Of a stretch of 64,000 bases of DNA, positions 9,130 to 18,263 are shown piece after piece. Made by a program: the position numbers and the translations under genes. The notes beneath the pieces were generated by a model. The model was not told the DNA's origin. It searched no databases and worked only from the letters and a program-made list of their open reading frames with translations. The stretch comes from an uncultured Gemmatimonadales bacterium (GTDB lineage: Bacteria; Gemmatimonadota; Gemmatimonadetes; Gemmatimonadales; GWC2-71-9): the NCBI GenBank assembly GCA_963771275.1, contig CAVYSW010000009.1, positions 396,882 through 460,881 on the forward strand. The letters are read 5' to 3'. Each line of letters opens with the position of its first letter. The stretch's first letter is position 1.

Positions 9130-10281
9130 GTGCACATAGCCCTCGTCACCGACACGTACACCCCCCAGGTGAACGGGGTGACGACCGTCGTGCGCCGCAT
9201 GGCACAGACGATCGCGCGCGCCGGCCATGCGTGCGCGGTGGTAGCGCCGCGTTACCCCGGTGACGGCGTCGCCCCTGCGCTGGAGCTGCGGCTCCCCTCC
9301 ATTCCGTTTCCTCCGTACCCCGCGATCCGCCTCGCGCTGATGGCCGGCGGGCCGGTGAGGCGGTACCTCGATGCCTTCGGTCCGGACATCGTGCACGTGG
9401 CCACCGAGGGACCGCTGGGCCTCGTCGGTCGAGGCTACGCGATCCGCCACAAGCTGCCGCTCGTGACCGCGTTTCACACGGACTTCCCGGGGTACTGCCG
9501 TCACTACCGCGCCCCGGGGCTCGAGCCCGCGGTGTGGCGCTGGCTCCTGTGGTTCCACCGCCCGGCACGCCTCACCCACACGCCCGGCGAGTTCGTGCGG
9601 GACAGGCTCATCGCAAAGGGGATCCACCAGGCCGTGGTATGGGGACGCGGGGTGGACACAGACCACTTCCGGCCCGACCGCGATCGCGCCCCGTGGCGCT
9701 GGCGCCTCGGGCTGCCGGCGGGGGCGGCGCTCGTGCTTCACGTGGGGCGCCTGGCGCCGGAGAAGAATCTCGAGACGCTCTGGGAATCGTGGGCGATCGC
9801 GCACGCGGCGCTCGGCGCGCGCGCGCAGTTCGTCGTGGCGGGCGACGGCCCCACAGCGGCACTCGTCCGCAGCCGGATGCCGTGGGCCACCCACCTCGGC
9901 TTCCTCAACCGCGAGACCCTGGCCGACCTGTACGCCGCCGCCGACCTCTGCGTCCTGCCCTCCGCAACCGAGACCTGCGGCCTCGTGGCGCTCGAGGCCA
10001 TGGCGAGCGGTGTGCCCGTCGTGGCCGCCGACGCGGGCGGCTTTCGCGAGAGCATCCGGCACGGCGTTACGGGCCTGCTCGCGCGGCCCAGGGACCCCGA
10101 GGCGCTCGCCGCCCACGTCATCCACCTCGCCATGGAGCGGGAGCGTCGCCTCGCCCTGGCGGCGGCGGCGCGGCGCTTCGCCCTGTCGCGCAGCGCCGCG
10201 CTCGACGACGCATCCCTGCTGGTGCAGTACCAGACCATCCTCGGGCACGATCTCCCGAAGGGAAGCGAATGCGCCGCGTAG
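9130..10281 (+). CDS. GT4 glycosyltransferase (Agt/MgtA-like glycolipid synthase)
   Basis: IALVTDTYTPQVNGV, DIVHVATEGPLG, VGRLAPEKN and ETCGLVALEAMASGVPV. Confidence 0.85.
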   Translation: MHIALVTDTYTPQVNGVTTVVRRMAQTIARAGHACAVVAPRYPGDGVAPALELRLPSIPFPPYPAIRLALMAGGPVRRYLDAFGPDIVHVATEGPLGLVGRGYAIRHKLPLVTAFHTDFPGYCRHYRAPGLEPAVWRWLLWFHRPARLTHTPGEFVRDRLIAKGIHQAVVWGRGVDTDHFRPDRDRAPWRWRLGLPAGAALVLHVGRLAPEKNLETLWESWAIAHAALGARAQFVVAGDGPTAALVRSRMPWATHLGFLNRETLADLYAAADLCVLPSATETCGLVALEAMASGVPVVAADAGGFRESIRHGVTGLLARPRDPEALAAHVIHLAMERERRLALAAAARRFALSRSAALDDASLLVQYQTILGHDLPKGSECAA

Positions 10282-11099
10282 CCATCGTCCTGGTGGACGG
10301 CCTTCGACCCGACGCGGTCGCGCTCGCCCCGATGCCGGCATTGGACCGGCTCGGCAAGGACCATGTGCGCGCCCTCGGCGCGGCCACCATCCGGCCGAGT
10401 GCCACCGTGGCGGCGCTCGCGACGTTGGCCACCGGCCTGAGCCCCGCCGCTCACGGCCTGATGGAGCCCGGGCTGCACTTCCTCCGACGGCTCGGCGGAC
10501 TCCGGCCCCTTCCCGCCGAGCTGGCGCGGCACGCCCTCCCGACCACCGTCGTCACTACCCGCTTGCCGGGCCCGGCTCTCGCGATCGCGCAGGCACTCAC
10601 CGCATTCGCGGGAATCCGTCACTTCGTCGCTGCTGGCCGGACGGCGCTCGAGACGGCGCTCACCGCCCGGGAGTGCTTCGAACGGATGGACGCCGGGCTG
10701 TTGTTCGTCTATCTCCCGGACTGCGACCGCACCGGCCACCGTGCCGGCTGGATGTCCTCCGCGTACCTGCGGAGCGCCGCCGACGTCGATGGCGCCCTCG
10801 ACCTGTTCACCCAGGGGCTCGGCGACGGGACCGTCTTCGTGCTCGCCGACCACGGCGGTGGCGGCGTGTATCCCCGCGACCACGACCTGCCGCACCCGGC
10901 GAACGACCACATTCCGCTCGTCGTCGCCGGTCGCTCGACCCGCCGGCGCTGCGTGCTCCCCGAGCCGGTGTCCATCCTCGACGTCCCGGCCACCGTGCTC
11001 TGGCACCTCGGCCTCGCCGTCCCGGAGACGTACGAGGGACGCGTGCTGCGCCACGCCTTCCTCGCGACGTCACTCGGGGCAGAGGTAGCCGCGGCATGA
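10269..11099 (+). CDS. Alkaline phosphatase superfamily / nucleotide pyrophosphatase-phosphodiesterase-like enzyme
   Basis: IVLVDGLRPD, PSAT (Thr nucleophile position), DxxGH, ADHGG, IPLVVAG and SILDVPAT; no signal peptide. Confidence 0.8.
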   Translation: MRRVAIVLVDGLRPDAVALAPMPALDRLGKDHVRALGAATIRPSATVAALATLATGLSPAAHGLMEPGLHFLRRLGGLRPLPAELARHALPTTVVTTRLPGPALAIAQALTAFAGIRHFVAAGRTALETALTARECFERMDAGLLFVYLPDCDRTGHRAGWMSSAYLRSAADVDGALDLFTQGLGDGTVFVLADHGGGGVYPRDHDLPHPANDHIPLVVAGRSTRRRCVLPEPVSILDVPATVLWHLGLAVPETYEGRVLRHAFLATSLGAEVAAA

Positions 11100-11524
11100 T
11101 GCGCCTGCTCACGCATCTGGGCGGAGCCCGGACAACGTTGGGGATCGGGCTGGCCCTGGTTCTGCTCGGAGATCGAACGGTCGGGCTCGCGGTCTTGCTC
11201 GCCAACGCGGCGTCGCACGTCGTCGTGCAGCTGCTCAAGCGTCTGGTGGCGCGCCCGCGGCCCTGCGACGGTTTCGGCCGGCCCCTGGCCCTGGTCGCGC
11301 TGCCGGACCCGTTCTCGTTTCCCTCCGGGCACGCCGCCGCGGCCACGGCCGTGGCCGCCACGGTGGCCTTCGCCCATCCACTGCTCGCCCCCGTGGTCCT
11401 CCCCCTCGCCGCGCTCGTCGCCGCGTCCCGGGTCACGCTACGCGTGCATCACGCGGGCGACGTCGTGGCCGGCGCGCTGCTCGGGCTGGCGGGGGCGCTC
11501 CTCGCCATCCGGCTCCTCCTCTAG
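11096..11524 (+). CDS. PAP2-family membrane phosphatase
   Basis: KRLVARPRP, FSFPSGHA and SRVTLRVHHAGDV catalytic motifs; hydrophobic. Confidence 0.9.
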   Translation: MMRLLTHLGGARTTLGIGLALVLLGDRTVGLAVLLANAASHVVVQLLKRLVARPRPCDGFGRPLALVALPDPFSFPSGHAAAATAVAATVAFAHPLLAPVVLPLAALVAASRVTLRVHHAGDVVAGALLGLAGALLAIRLLL

Positions 11525-11564
11525 CTCCGGGAGTCCATCTCTCCACAACCCGGAATGTGGAGTA

Positions 11565-11613
11565 CTGACAGGGTCGTTACGGACTCGCGCTACGCGCGTC
11601 ATGCAATCGTTAC
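11565..11613 (+). promoter_or_regulatory. Putative Pho box upstream of the TonB-dependent receptor
   Basis: CTGAC 11565, GTTAC 11576, GTCAT 11598, GTTAC 11609, all in 11-bp phase. Confidence 0.55.
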
Positions 11614-11715
11614 GGCCGGCACCGAGGCTTCCCTTGCTCGGCCGGCGCGCACGCGTGGGGCCTGCCCGCCGCCGAGCCCGAGATCACCTGCGGGCCCCAG
11701 GGACGCGACACACGT

Positions 11716-14523
11716 ATGGCACGTTCGATCCGCGGCGCGGCACTCGGACTCCTGTTCGCGGCGCTGTTGCTGGAGGGCCTCGCACTCTCGCCGAGGCTGC
11801 TCCTTGCCCAGGCGCAGGTCAGGACCATGGGACGTATCACGGGCCGCGTCATCAGCCAGGAGACGGGTCAGCCTGTCCAACGGGCGGAAGTGCACGTTGC
11901 CGGGACCAGCCTCCAGGCGCTCACCGACCTGAACGGACGGTACTTCGTCCCGAACGTCCCACCGGGCGCTCAGAACATCGAGGTCCGGCAGGTCGGCTTC
12001 ACGTTCAAGACCGTGACCAACGTGCTCATCACGGAGGACGAAACGACCGTGCTCGACGTCGCGCTCTCGTCCGCGACATTCGCCGTGGAAGCGATCACCG
12101 TGACCGCGCAGGTCGAGCGGGGCACGGTCGCCCGCGCGCTCGAAGAACAGCGCACTGCCCTGAACATCGTGAACGCGCTCAGCGCCGAGCAGATCGCGAA
12201 GACCCCCGACGCCGACGCCGCGGAGGCGGTGCGGCGAGTGAGCGGGGTCACGGTGCAGGACGACAAGTACGTGTTCGTGCGCGGCCTGGGCGAGCGCTAC
12301 ACCACCACCTCCCTCAACGGCGCGCGACTCCCCAGCCCCGAGCCGGAGAAGCGGGTGGTCCCGCTCGACCTGTTCCCGTCGAGTCTCCTGGAGTCCATTT
12401 CCACGTCGAAGACCTTCACCCCCGACCAGCCTGGGGACTTCAGCGGGGCGGAGGTGAACCTCCGGACGCGCACGTTCCCCGTGAATCACCTGCTGCAGTT
12501 CTCGCTGTCTGGTGGGTACAACAGCCTGGTGACGGGCCGGGATGTCCCCGCGCCGCCCACGACAGGCCGAGAATGGCTGGCCATGGCGGCCGGGCAGCGC
12601 CAGCTCCCCACGCAGCTCACCGGCATCACGGATTTCTCGCAGCTCACCCAGAACGACATCAACGCCCTGATCCGCACGCTGCCGCGCCGGTGGACGGTCG
12701 ACCAGGGCAGCGGGCCGCCCAATGTCTCGGGGAGCCTCTCGTTCGGGGGCGAGGATCCGGTCCTGGGATTGCATCTCGGCTACGTCGGGTCGCTGTCGTA
12801 CTCCCGGAGCGAGCAGTTGCGCAAAGGGGAGATCCGCGCGCGCGCGGTCCCCCGCGACAGCACGGGCGTTCCCGCGCCCTACAACACGTTCACGGGCAGT
12901 ACGGGACAGAGCAGCGTGCTCTGGGGCGGGCTGCTGAACCTGAGCGCCCTCATCGGGCACGCCACCAAGATCGAGCTGAACAACACGTACGACCGCACGG
13001 CCGACAACTCGGCGCACCAGGACTGGGGCACGCTGGAGGAGTTCCAGCAGGTGGACAGCGTGCGGCGCACCCAGCTGCAGTACGTGGAGCGCTCCGTGCG
13101 GTCCAATCAGCTCCGGGCGACCCACCAGTTGGGCGCTCATAACCTCCTGATGTGGTCGGTGACCTCTTCGGGCGTGACGCGCGCCGAGCCCGATCGCGCC
13201 GACCTGGCCTACGGCTATGAGCTGTCCGCCACCGGAGAGCGACTTCCGCTGGCTTGGTTGGGCTTCATTCCCGAGGCGGCCAAGCGCACCTCGTCCCAGC
13301 TTGCGGAGGACGCGCTGGGCGGCGACCTGGACTACGCGCTCTCCGTCGGCTCGCCCGAGCGGCCGGTGACGTTCAAGGTCGGTGGAGCTTATCGTCACAC
13401 CAAGCGCGACGCCCACTCGGTGTCCTACAACGTGCGCGCGCTTGGCTTGGGCGCCGCCGCTCGCGCCGCCGGGCCGGACTCGCTGTTCTATGGCGCGTTC
13501 ACCAACCCCGACTCCGCGCGCGTCACGCTCGAGCCGAACAATAGCGGCGGCACCTATCAGGCAAGGGACCGGGTATCCGCCGGGTACCTCATGGCGGAAA
13601 TCCCGCTGGGCGGCCGGCTCACCATCATGGGCGGCGCCCGGCTGGAGCGGTGGGCCCTCGACATGGATGCCGAGCCCGTCAGTCGGGGGACGGTCGCCAT
13701 CACGCGCCGGAATACCGACGTGCTGCCGTCGTTGGCCGTGAACGCGAAGCTGAGTCGGGACCAGACGCTGCGGCTGTCCGCCACGCAATCCCTGGCCCGG
13801 CCTGAGTACCGCGAGCTGGCCCCTGTGAGCTACCGCGACATGGTCGGCGAACGCGAGGTGTTCGGCGACTCCAGCCTCGTTCGCACCCTGGTCCAGAACT
13901 ACGACGCACGGTGGGAGTGGTACCCCAATCCGAACGAGGTGGTCAGCGTCGCCGTGTTCGCGAAGCGCTTCGACCATCCGATCGAGCAGATCGACGTCGC
14001 CACCTCGGGCGCATCCCAGCTGAGCTTCATCAACGCCGAGTCGGCGGTCAACTACGGCATCGAGCTAGAGCTCCGCAAGGGACTCGGGTTCCTGGGTCTG
14101 TGGCCGCTCGCCCTCTTCAGCAACGGCACCCTGATGCGGAGCCGCATCAACACCAGCAACAGCAACCTCTCGGCGCTCACGAATGACCAGCGGCCCATGG
14201 TGGGGCAGGCGCCGTACGTGGTGAACGCCGGTCTCTCCTATGAGAGCCTGTCCGGCGCGACCAGCGCCACGCTGCTCTACAACGTCGTGGGGCCGCGCAT
14301 CACCTCGGCCGCCGTCACCCCACTCACCGTCGACACCTACGAGCGGCCCCGTCACGTACTGGACTTCTCGTTCCGCTTCGCCGTCTACGGCGGGATGACC
14401 GCGAAGCTCGACGCCAAGAACCTGCTCGACGCCGCGTACGAAGAACGACAAGGGGACGTCATCCGCTACCGCTACACCACGGGGCGCTCGTTCAGTCTCG
14501 GTGTGAATTGGCGCCTGCAGTAG
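11716..14523 (+). CDS. TonB-dependent receptor with N-terminal carboxypeptidase-regulatory-like domain
   Basis: Signal peptide; ITGRVI...TDLNGRY; plug domain AAEAVRRVSGV..VRGLGERY...LNG; barrel ending GRSFSLGVNWRLQ. Confidence 0.92.
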   Translation: MARSIRGAALGLLFAALLLEGLALSPRLLLAQAQVRTMGRITGRVISQETGQPVQRAEVHVAGTSLQALTDLNGRYFVPNVPPGAQNIEVRQVGFTFKTVTNVLITEDETTVLDVALSSATFAVEAITVTAQVERGTVARALEEQRTALNIVNALSAEQIAKTPDADAAEAVRRVSGVTVQDDKYVFVRGLGERYTTTSLNGARLPSPEPEKRVVPLDLFPSSLLESISTSKTFTPDQPGDFSGAEVNLRTRTFPVNHLLQFSLSGGYNSLVTGRDVPAPPTTGREWLAMAAGQRQLPTQLTGITDFSQLTQNDINALIRTLPRRWTVDQGSGPPNVSGSLSFGGEDPVLGLHLGYVGSLSYSRSEQLRKGEIRARAVPRDSTGVPAPYNTFTGSTGQSSVLWGGLLNLSALIGHATKIELNNTYDRTADNSAHQDWGTLEEFQQVDSVRRTQLQYVERSVRSNQLRATHQLGAHNLLMWSVTSSGVTRAEPDRADLAYGYELSATGERLPLAWLGFIPEAAKRTSSQLAEDALGGDLDYALSVGSPERPVTFKVGGAYRHTKRDAHSVSYNVRALGLGAAARAAGPDSLFYGAFTNPDSARVTLEPNNSGGTYQARDRVSAGYLMAEIPLGGRLTIMGGARLERWALDMDAEPVSRGTVAITRRNTDVLPSLAVNAKLSRDQTLRLSATQSLARPEYRELAPVSYRDMVGEREVFGDSSLVRTLVQNYDARWEWYPNPNEVVSVAVFAKRFDHPIEQIDVATSGASQLSFINAESAVNYGIELELRKGLGFLGLWPLALFSNGTLMRSRINTSNSNLSALTNDQRPMVGQAPYVVNAGLSYESLSGATSATLLYNVVGPRITSAAVTPLTVDTYERPRHVLDFSFRFAVYGGMTAKLDAKNLLDAAYEERQGDVIRYRYTTGRSFSLGVNWRLQ

Positions 14524-14549
14524 GAGGGAGCCGGTCGCTGCGGGTCCCC

Positions 14550-14576
14550 GTCACTCGATTGTTACCGCCACGTGAT
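14550..14576 (+). promoter_or_regulatory. Putative Pho box upstream of the FN3 lipoprotein
   Basis: GTCAC 14550, GTTAC 14561, GTGAT 14572. Confidence 0.5.
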
Positions 14577-14661
14577 CGGGCTCATACGCAGCCGTTCTAG
14601 GCTTTCCTCACTTCACGGACTAGGTGCCCCACACCGCACCGCAACCAGGAGACCCGAACCG

Positions 14662-16353
14662 ATGAGATCGTTCACGCGTAGCCTCCTTGCCCCGGCCGGC
14701 GCCGTTCTGCTCCTGGGCTGGCTGGCGGCCTGCAGCGACACCACCAACCCGGCGTTGACCGCGCCGACCGGCGTGACCGCCGTCGCCACCTCGGCCACGT
14801 CGGTACAGGTGACGTGGAACCAGGTGACCGGCGCCGATAGTTACGCGTTGGACCGGGCGGAAGGCGCCGGCGCTTTCGCCAACGTGGGGACGGGATTGAC
14901 CAGCACGCACTACGACGACACCGGCCTCCAGCCCAGCACGGATTACCGCTACCAGGTGCGCGCCGCGCAGGGCACGACCGAGAGCGCGAGCAGCAGCGAA
15001 GCCTCCGCCACGACTCCCGCGGTGGGCGCCAAGGTGGCCACGGTCACCGGCGTCCCGCTCAGCCGGACGTTCTACGCCGACACCACCTACATCCTCCAGG
15101 GGTACGTGAAGGTGAGCAACGGCGCCACGCTCACCATCCAGGCCGGCACCACGATCGTGGGCGACACCCTCGTCACGGGCAGCTCCCTGTGGATCCTGCG
15201 CGGGTCGAAAATCATGGCCAACGGGACGGTGGATGCGCCGATCGTGTTCACGTCGCAGCGCTCCTCGCCCAACCGCAAGCCGGGGGACTGGGGCGGGCTC
15301 ATCGTTGTGGGGAACGCGCTCATCAACCGGACGGCCAACCCGATCTTCACCGAGGGCCCCGCCGGCGCGGCAGAGAACTACGCCGGCGGCACCGACCCGA
15401 ACGACAACTCCGGCGTCCTCAAGTACGTGCGGGTCGAGTTCGCGGGGTACGATGTCTCGAACGGCGGTGGGCAGGAGCTGAACAGTATCTCCAGCTACGC
15501 CGTGGGACGCGCCACCACGTACGACTACGTGCAATCGATGGCCGGCCTGGACGACGGGTTCGAGTCATTCGGCGGCGGATATGACATGCGCCACATGGTC
15601 TCGTTCGAAGAGGGCGACGACCATTTCGATTGGACGGAAGGCTACCAGGGCCGTGGCCAGTTCCTGATCGCGCTCCAGACCTCGGTGCTCACGCCGCGTC
15701 CCGGGACGGGCACCACGTCGAGCGATCCCCGCGGCTTCGAGGGCGACGGCTGCGAGAGCGACAAGGCGGGATGCACGTTCTCCAACACCCCGTACTCCAT
15801 GCCCGTGTGGGCCAACTTCACCGTGGTGGGGCCGGGCACGGGCGTCTTCTCGACGACCGACGGCAATGGGGCGGTGGTCCGGCGCGGCGCGGCGGCCAAT
15901 TTCGTGAACGGCATCATCGCCCGCTGGCCGGGCGTGGGCATCAGCGTCCGCGACACGGCCAGCAGGAACCGGATGGACCAAGACTCGCTCTACGTCCGCA
16001 ACGTCGTCCTCGCGGAGAACGGGAGCAACTTCGAGCCGGCGGGCCCGAACTTCGGGTCCGTGCTGAGCGACAGCGCCACCGTCTGGGACATCACCACGAG
16101 CACGCTGGCAGCCCTGTTCACCGGCGCGCTTCCCGTCGGCGCCACCACGGTGACCACCGCGAACCTCAACATCGGTCTGGCGGCCGGCGCGGCGGCCAGA
16201 ACGGGCGGGCTCGGCGCGTTCCCCGCCATTCTGTCCGCGCGGGTGCAGAACTTCTTCGGCGGTGCGATGCCGGCCACCGCCTACATCGGCGCGGTCGATC
16301 CGTCGGCGGGCACCCAGTGGTTCGAGGGCTGGACGAACTGGGCACGGAACTAG
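14662..16353 (+). CDS. Lipoprotein with fibronectin type III domain and beta-helix-like C-terminal domain (TonB-receptor partner)
   Basis: Lipobox LAAC; FN3 (APTGVTA..VTW..YDDTGLQPSTDYRYQVRA); PIVFTS, GDWGGLI, NSGVLKYVRVEFAG, DDGFE and W..GWT motifs. Confidence 0.75.
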   Translation: MRSFTRSLLAPAGAVLLLGWLAACSDTTNPALTAPTGVTAVATSATSVQVTWNQVTGADSYALDRAEGAGAFANVGTGLTSTHYDDTGLQPSTDYRYQVRAAQGTTESASSSEASATTPAVGAKVATVTGVPLSRTFYADTTYILQGYVKVSNGATLTIQAGTTIVGDTLVTGSSLWILRGSKIMANGTVDAPIVFTSQRSSPNRKPGDWGGLIVVGNALINRTANPIFTEGPAGAAENYAGGTDPNDNSGVLKYVRVEFAGYDVSNGGGQELNSISSYAVGRATTYDYVQSMAGLDDGFESFGGGYDMRHMVSFEEGDDHFDWTEGYQGRGQFLIALQTSVLTPRPGTGTTSSDPRGFEGDGCESDKAGCTFSNTPYSMPVWANFTVVGPGTGVFSTTDGNGAVVRRGAAANFVNGIIARWPGVGISVRDTASRNRMDQDSLYVRNVVLAENGSNFEPAGPNFGSVLSDSATVWDITTSTLAALFTGALPVGATTVTTANLNIGLAAGAAARTGGLGAFPAILSARVQNFFGGAMPATAYIGAVDPSAGTQWFEGWTNWARN

Positions 16354-16372
16354 CGACGGGTTCGGTCACCGC

Positions 16373-16410
16373 GGACGGCCGGGGCGCAGGACTGCCCCGG
16401 CCGTCCCTTT
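16373..16410 (+). terminator. Rho-independent terminator-like hairpin
   Basis: 13-bp stem GGACGGCCGGGGC / GCCCCGGCCGTCC followed by CTTT. Confidence 0.55.
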
Positions 16411-16440
16411 CCCGCTCGAGGAGACGGGGGTCGGGATAGC

Positions 16441-17024
16441 ATGAGACACCACTGGCTGGCAGCGCTCACCCTTGCGGTGGCATGCAACGCGCATTCCGAG
16501 AACCACGAAACCGTCGCCGGCAACGTGACCGACAGCGTCCTCCCGATGGATGTGATGCTGGACCGCTTTCGGCACGACCTGCCTCGGCCGGCGGAGCTGC
16601 ACGGCGGGCTGGCGAACCGCGACAGCCTCGTCCGCCGCGTGATCGCCGCGCTCGAGACGAGCGACACGCTGGCGTTCGAGCACCTCGCGGTGAACCGGGG
16701 TGAATGGGCGTGGCTGTACTTCCCCAGCAACGTCCTCTCCCGCCCACCGTACGAGCTGCCGCCAGGGCTCGCCTGGTTCCAGCTGCAGGAGACGAACCGG
16801 CAGGGCGTGTTCCGCGCCTTGCGGGAGTTCGGCGGCCACCAACTCGACTACCGCGGGTATCGCTGCAACACCGAGCCCACCATTGAGGATGCAAACCGGA
16901 TCTGGGCCGGCTGTACCGTCACGCTGGGGCGGGACGGCGCCCCCCCGCGCCCGTCCGCCTGTTCGGCGCCGTCCTCGAGCGACGGGGCCGCTTTCTCATT
17001 CTCAGCTACACCAACGACTTCTGA
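16441..17024 (+). CDS. Hypothetical lipoprotein (1-nt frameshift in C7 run 16940-16946)
   Basis: Lipobox AVAC; adding one C gives a protein-like C-terminus APVRLFGAVLERRGRFLILSYTNDF* at 17024 instead of the low-complexity tail of the ORF track. Confidence 0.6.
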
Positions 17025-17085
17025 ACCCGCCGAGCCTTCAACATGTTGCCGAAAGCGTAGTTAGACGGTCGGCGTCCGGGCCAGC

Positions 17086-17123
17086 GTTACCGCCGCGTTA
17101 CAACGCCGTTGCCCTTTCGTGAC
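17086..17123 (+). promoter_or_regulatory. Putative Pho box upstream of pstS1
   Basis: Four repeats, each preceded by C, at exact 11-bp period: GTTAC 17086, GTTAC 17097, GTTGC 17108, GTGAC 17119. Confidence 0.7.
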
Positions 17124-17183
17124 ATGTCACGACGATCGTTATTGGCTGGCGAACTCCTCCCACCGCTGCGCGAGAGTTGCGCG

Positions 17184-18263
17184 ATGATGATGCCCCGAAT
17201 GCGATGGCTCCCGGCCGCGGTCGCGCTGATCGGCACCGCGTGCGGCGGCCGTGGCAAGCCCACTGTCCTCCTCAACGGCGCCGGCGCCACGTTTCCCAAC
17301 ATCATCTACCAGCGCTGGATCACCGACTACAACGCGGCGCACGCCGGCGTCGAGCTCAACTACCAGTCCATCGGGTCGGGCGGCGGAGTGCAGCAGTTCA
17401 TGGACGGCACCGTGGACTTCGGGGCCAGTGACGGCCCGATGGCGGACGAGGAGATCGCGAAGGTCGGCGGCAACGTGCTCCACGTTCCCACGGTGCTGGG
17501 CGGCGTGGTACCGGCCTACAACCTCCCCGGTGTCACCCAGACCATCCGATTCACGCCCGATGTGCTGGCGGACATCTTTCTTGGCGCGATCACCCGGTGG
17601 GACGACGTCCGGATCCGGAGCGCCAACCCCGGCGTTACCCTCCCCAACCGCGCGATCGTCGTGGTCCATCGCTCCGACGGGTCGGGCACGACCTACATCT
17701 GGACGGACTACCTCACTGTGGTCAGCGAGACCTGGGCCGGGCGGGTCGGGCGCGGGCGCGCGGTCAACTGGCCCGTCGGTATCGGCGGCCGCGGCAACGA
17801 GGGCGTCGCCGCCGCCATCACGCAGACCCCGGGCGCGCTGGGCTACGTCGAGCTGGGGTACGCCCTGATCAACAAGATGCCGGTGGGGGCGGTCCGGAAC
17901 CGGTTCGGCAACTTCGTGACGCCCGACTTCTCCACCGTCTCGGCGGCCGCCGCCGGCGTGGTCGATGCCCTCGGCCCGGACACCGATTTCCGCATCAACC
18001 TGATCGACGGCCCGGGGGAGCGGACGTATCCCATCTCGTCTCTCACCTGGCTGCTGGTCAAGCGGGACTACGGAACGGCCGGGGCCAAGGCCCGCGAGCT
18101 GGTGCAGTTCATATCATGGGCCCTCACCGAAGGCCAGGCCACGGCCCCCCAGCTTGGCTACGCGCCGCTCCCGGCCGGGCTCGTGCCGCTGGTCGAGGCG
18201 CGTCTCCGGACGATCACGGCCGGGGGGCAACCGGTGTGGACGGGCCCGGCGGCGGCCAGGTAG
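17184..18263 (+). CDS. pstS: Phosphate ABC transporter substrate-binding protein PstS (lipoprotein form)
   Basis: LNGAGATFP, YQSIGSGGG, VDFGASD, HRSDGSGTT, YPISSLTW; lipobox GTAC. Confidence 0.95.
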   Translation: MMMPRMRWLPAAVALIGTACGGRGKPTVLLNGAGATFPNIIYQRWITDYNAAHAGVELNYQSIGSGGGVQQFMDGTVDFGASDGPMADEEIAKVGGNVLHVPTVLGGVVPAYNLPGVTQTIRFTPDVLADIFLGAITRWDDVRIRSANPGVTLPNRAIVVVHRSDGSGTTYIWTDYLTVVSETWAGRVGRGRAVNWPVGIGGRGNEGVAAAITQTPGALGYVELGYALINKMPVGAVRNRFGNFVTPDFSTVSAAAAGVVDALGPDTDFRINLIDGPGERTYPISSLTWLLVKRDYGTAGAKARELVQFISWALTEGQATAPQLGYAPLPAGLVPLVEARLRTITAGGQPVWTGPAAAR

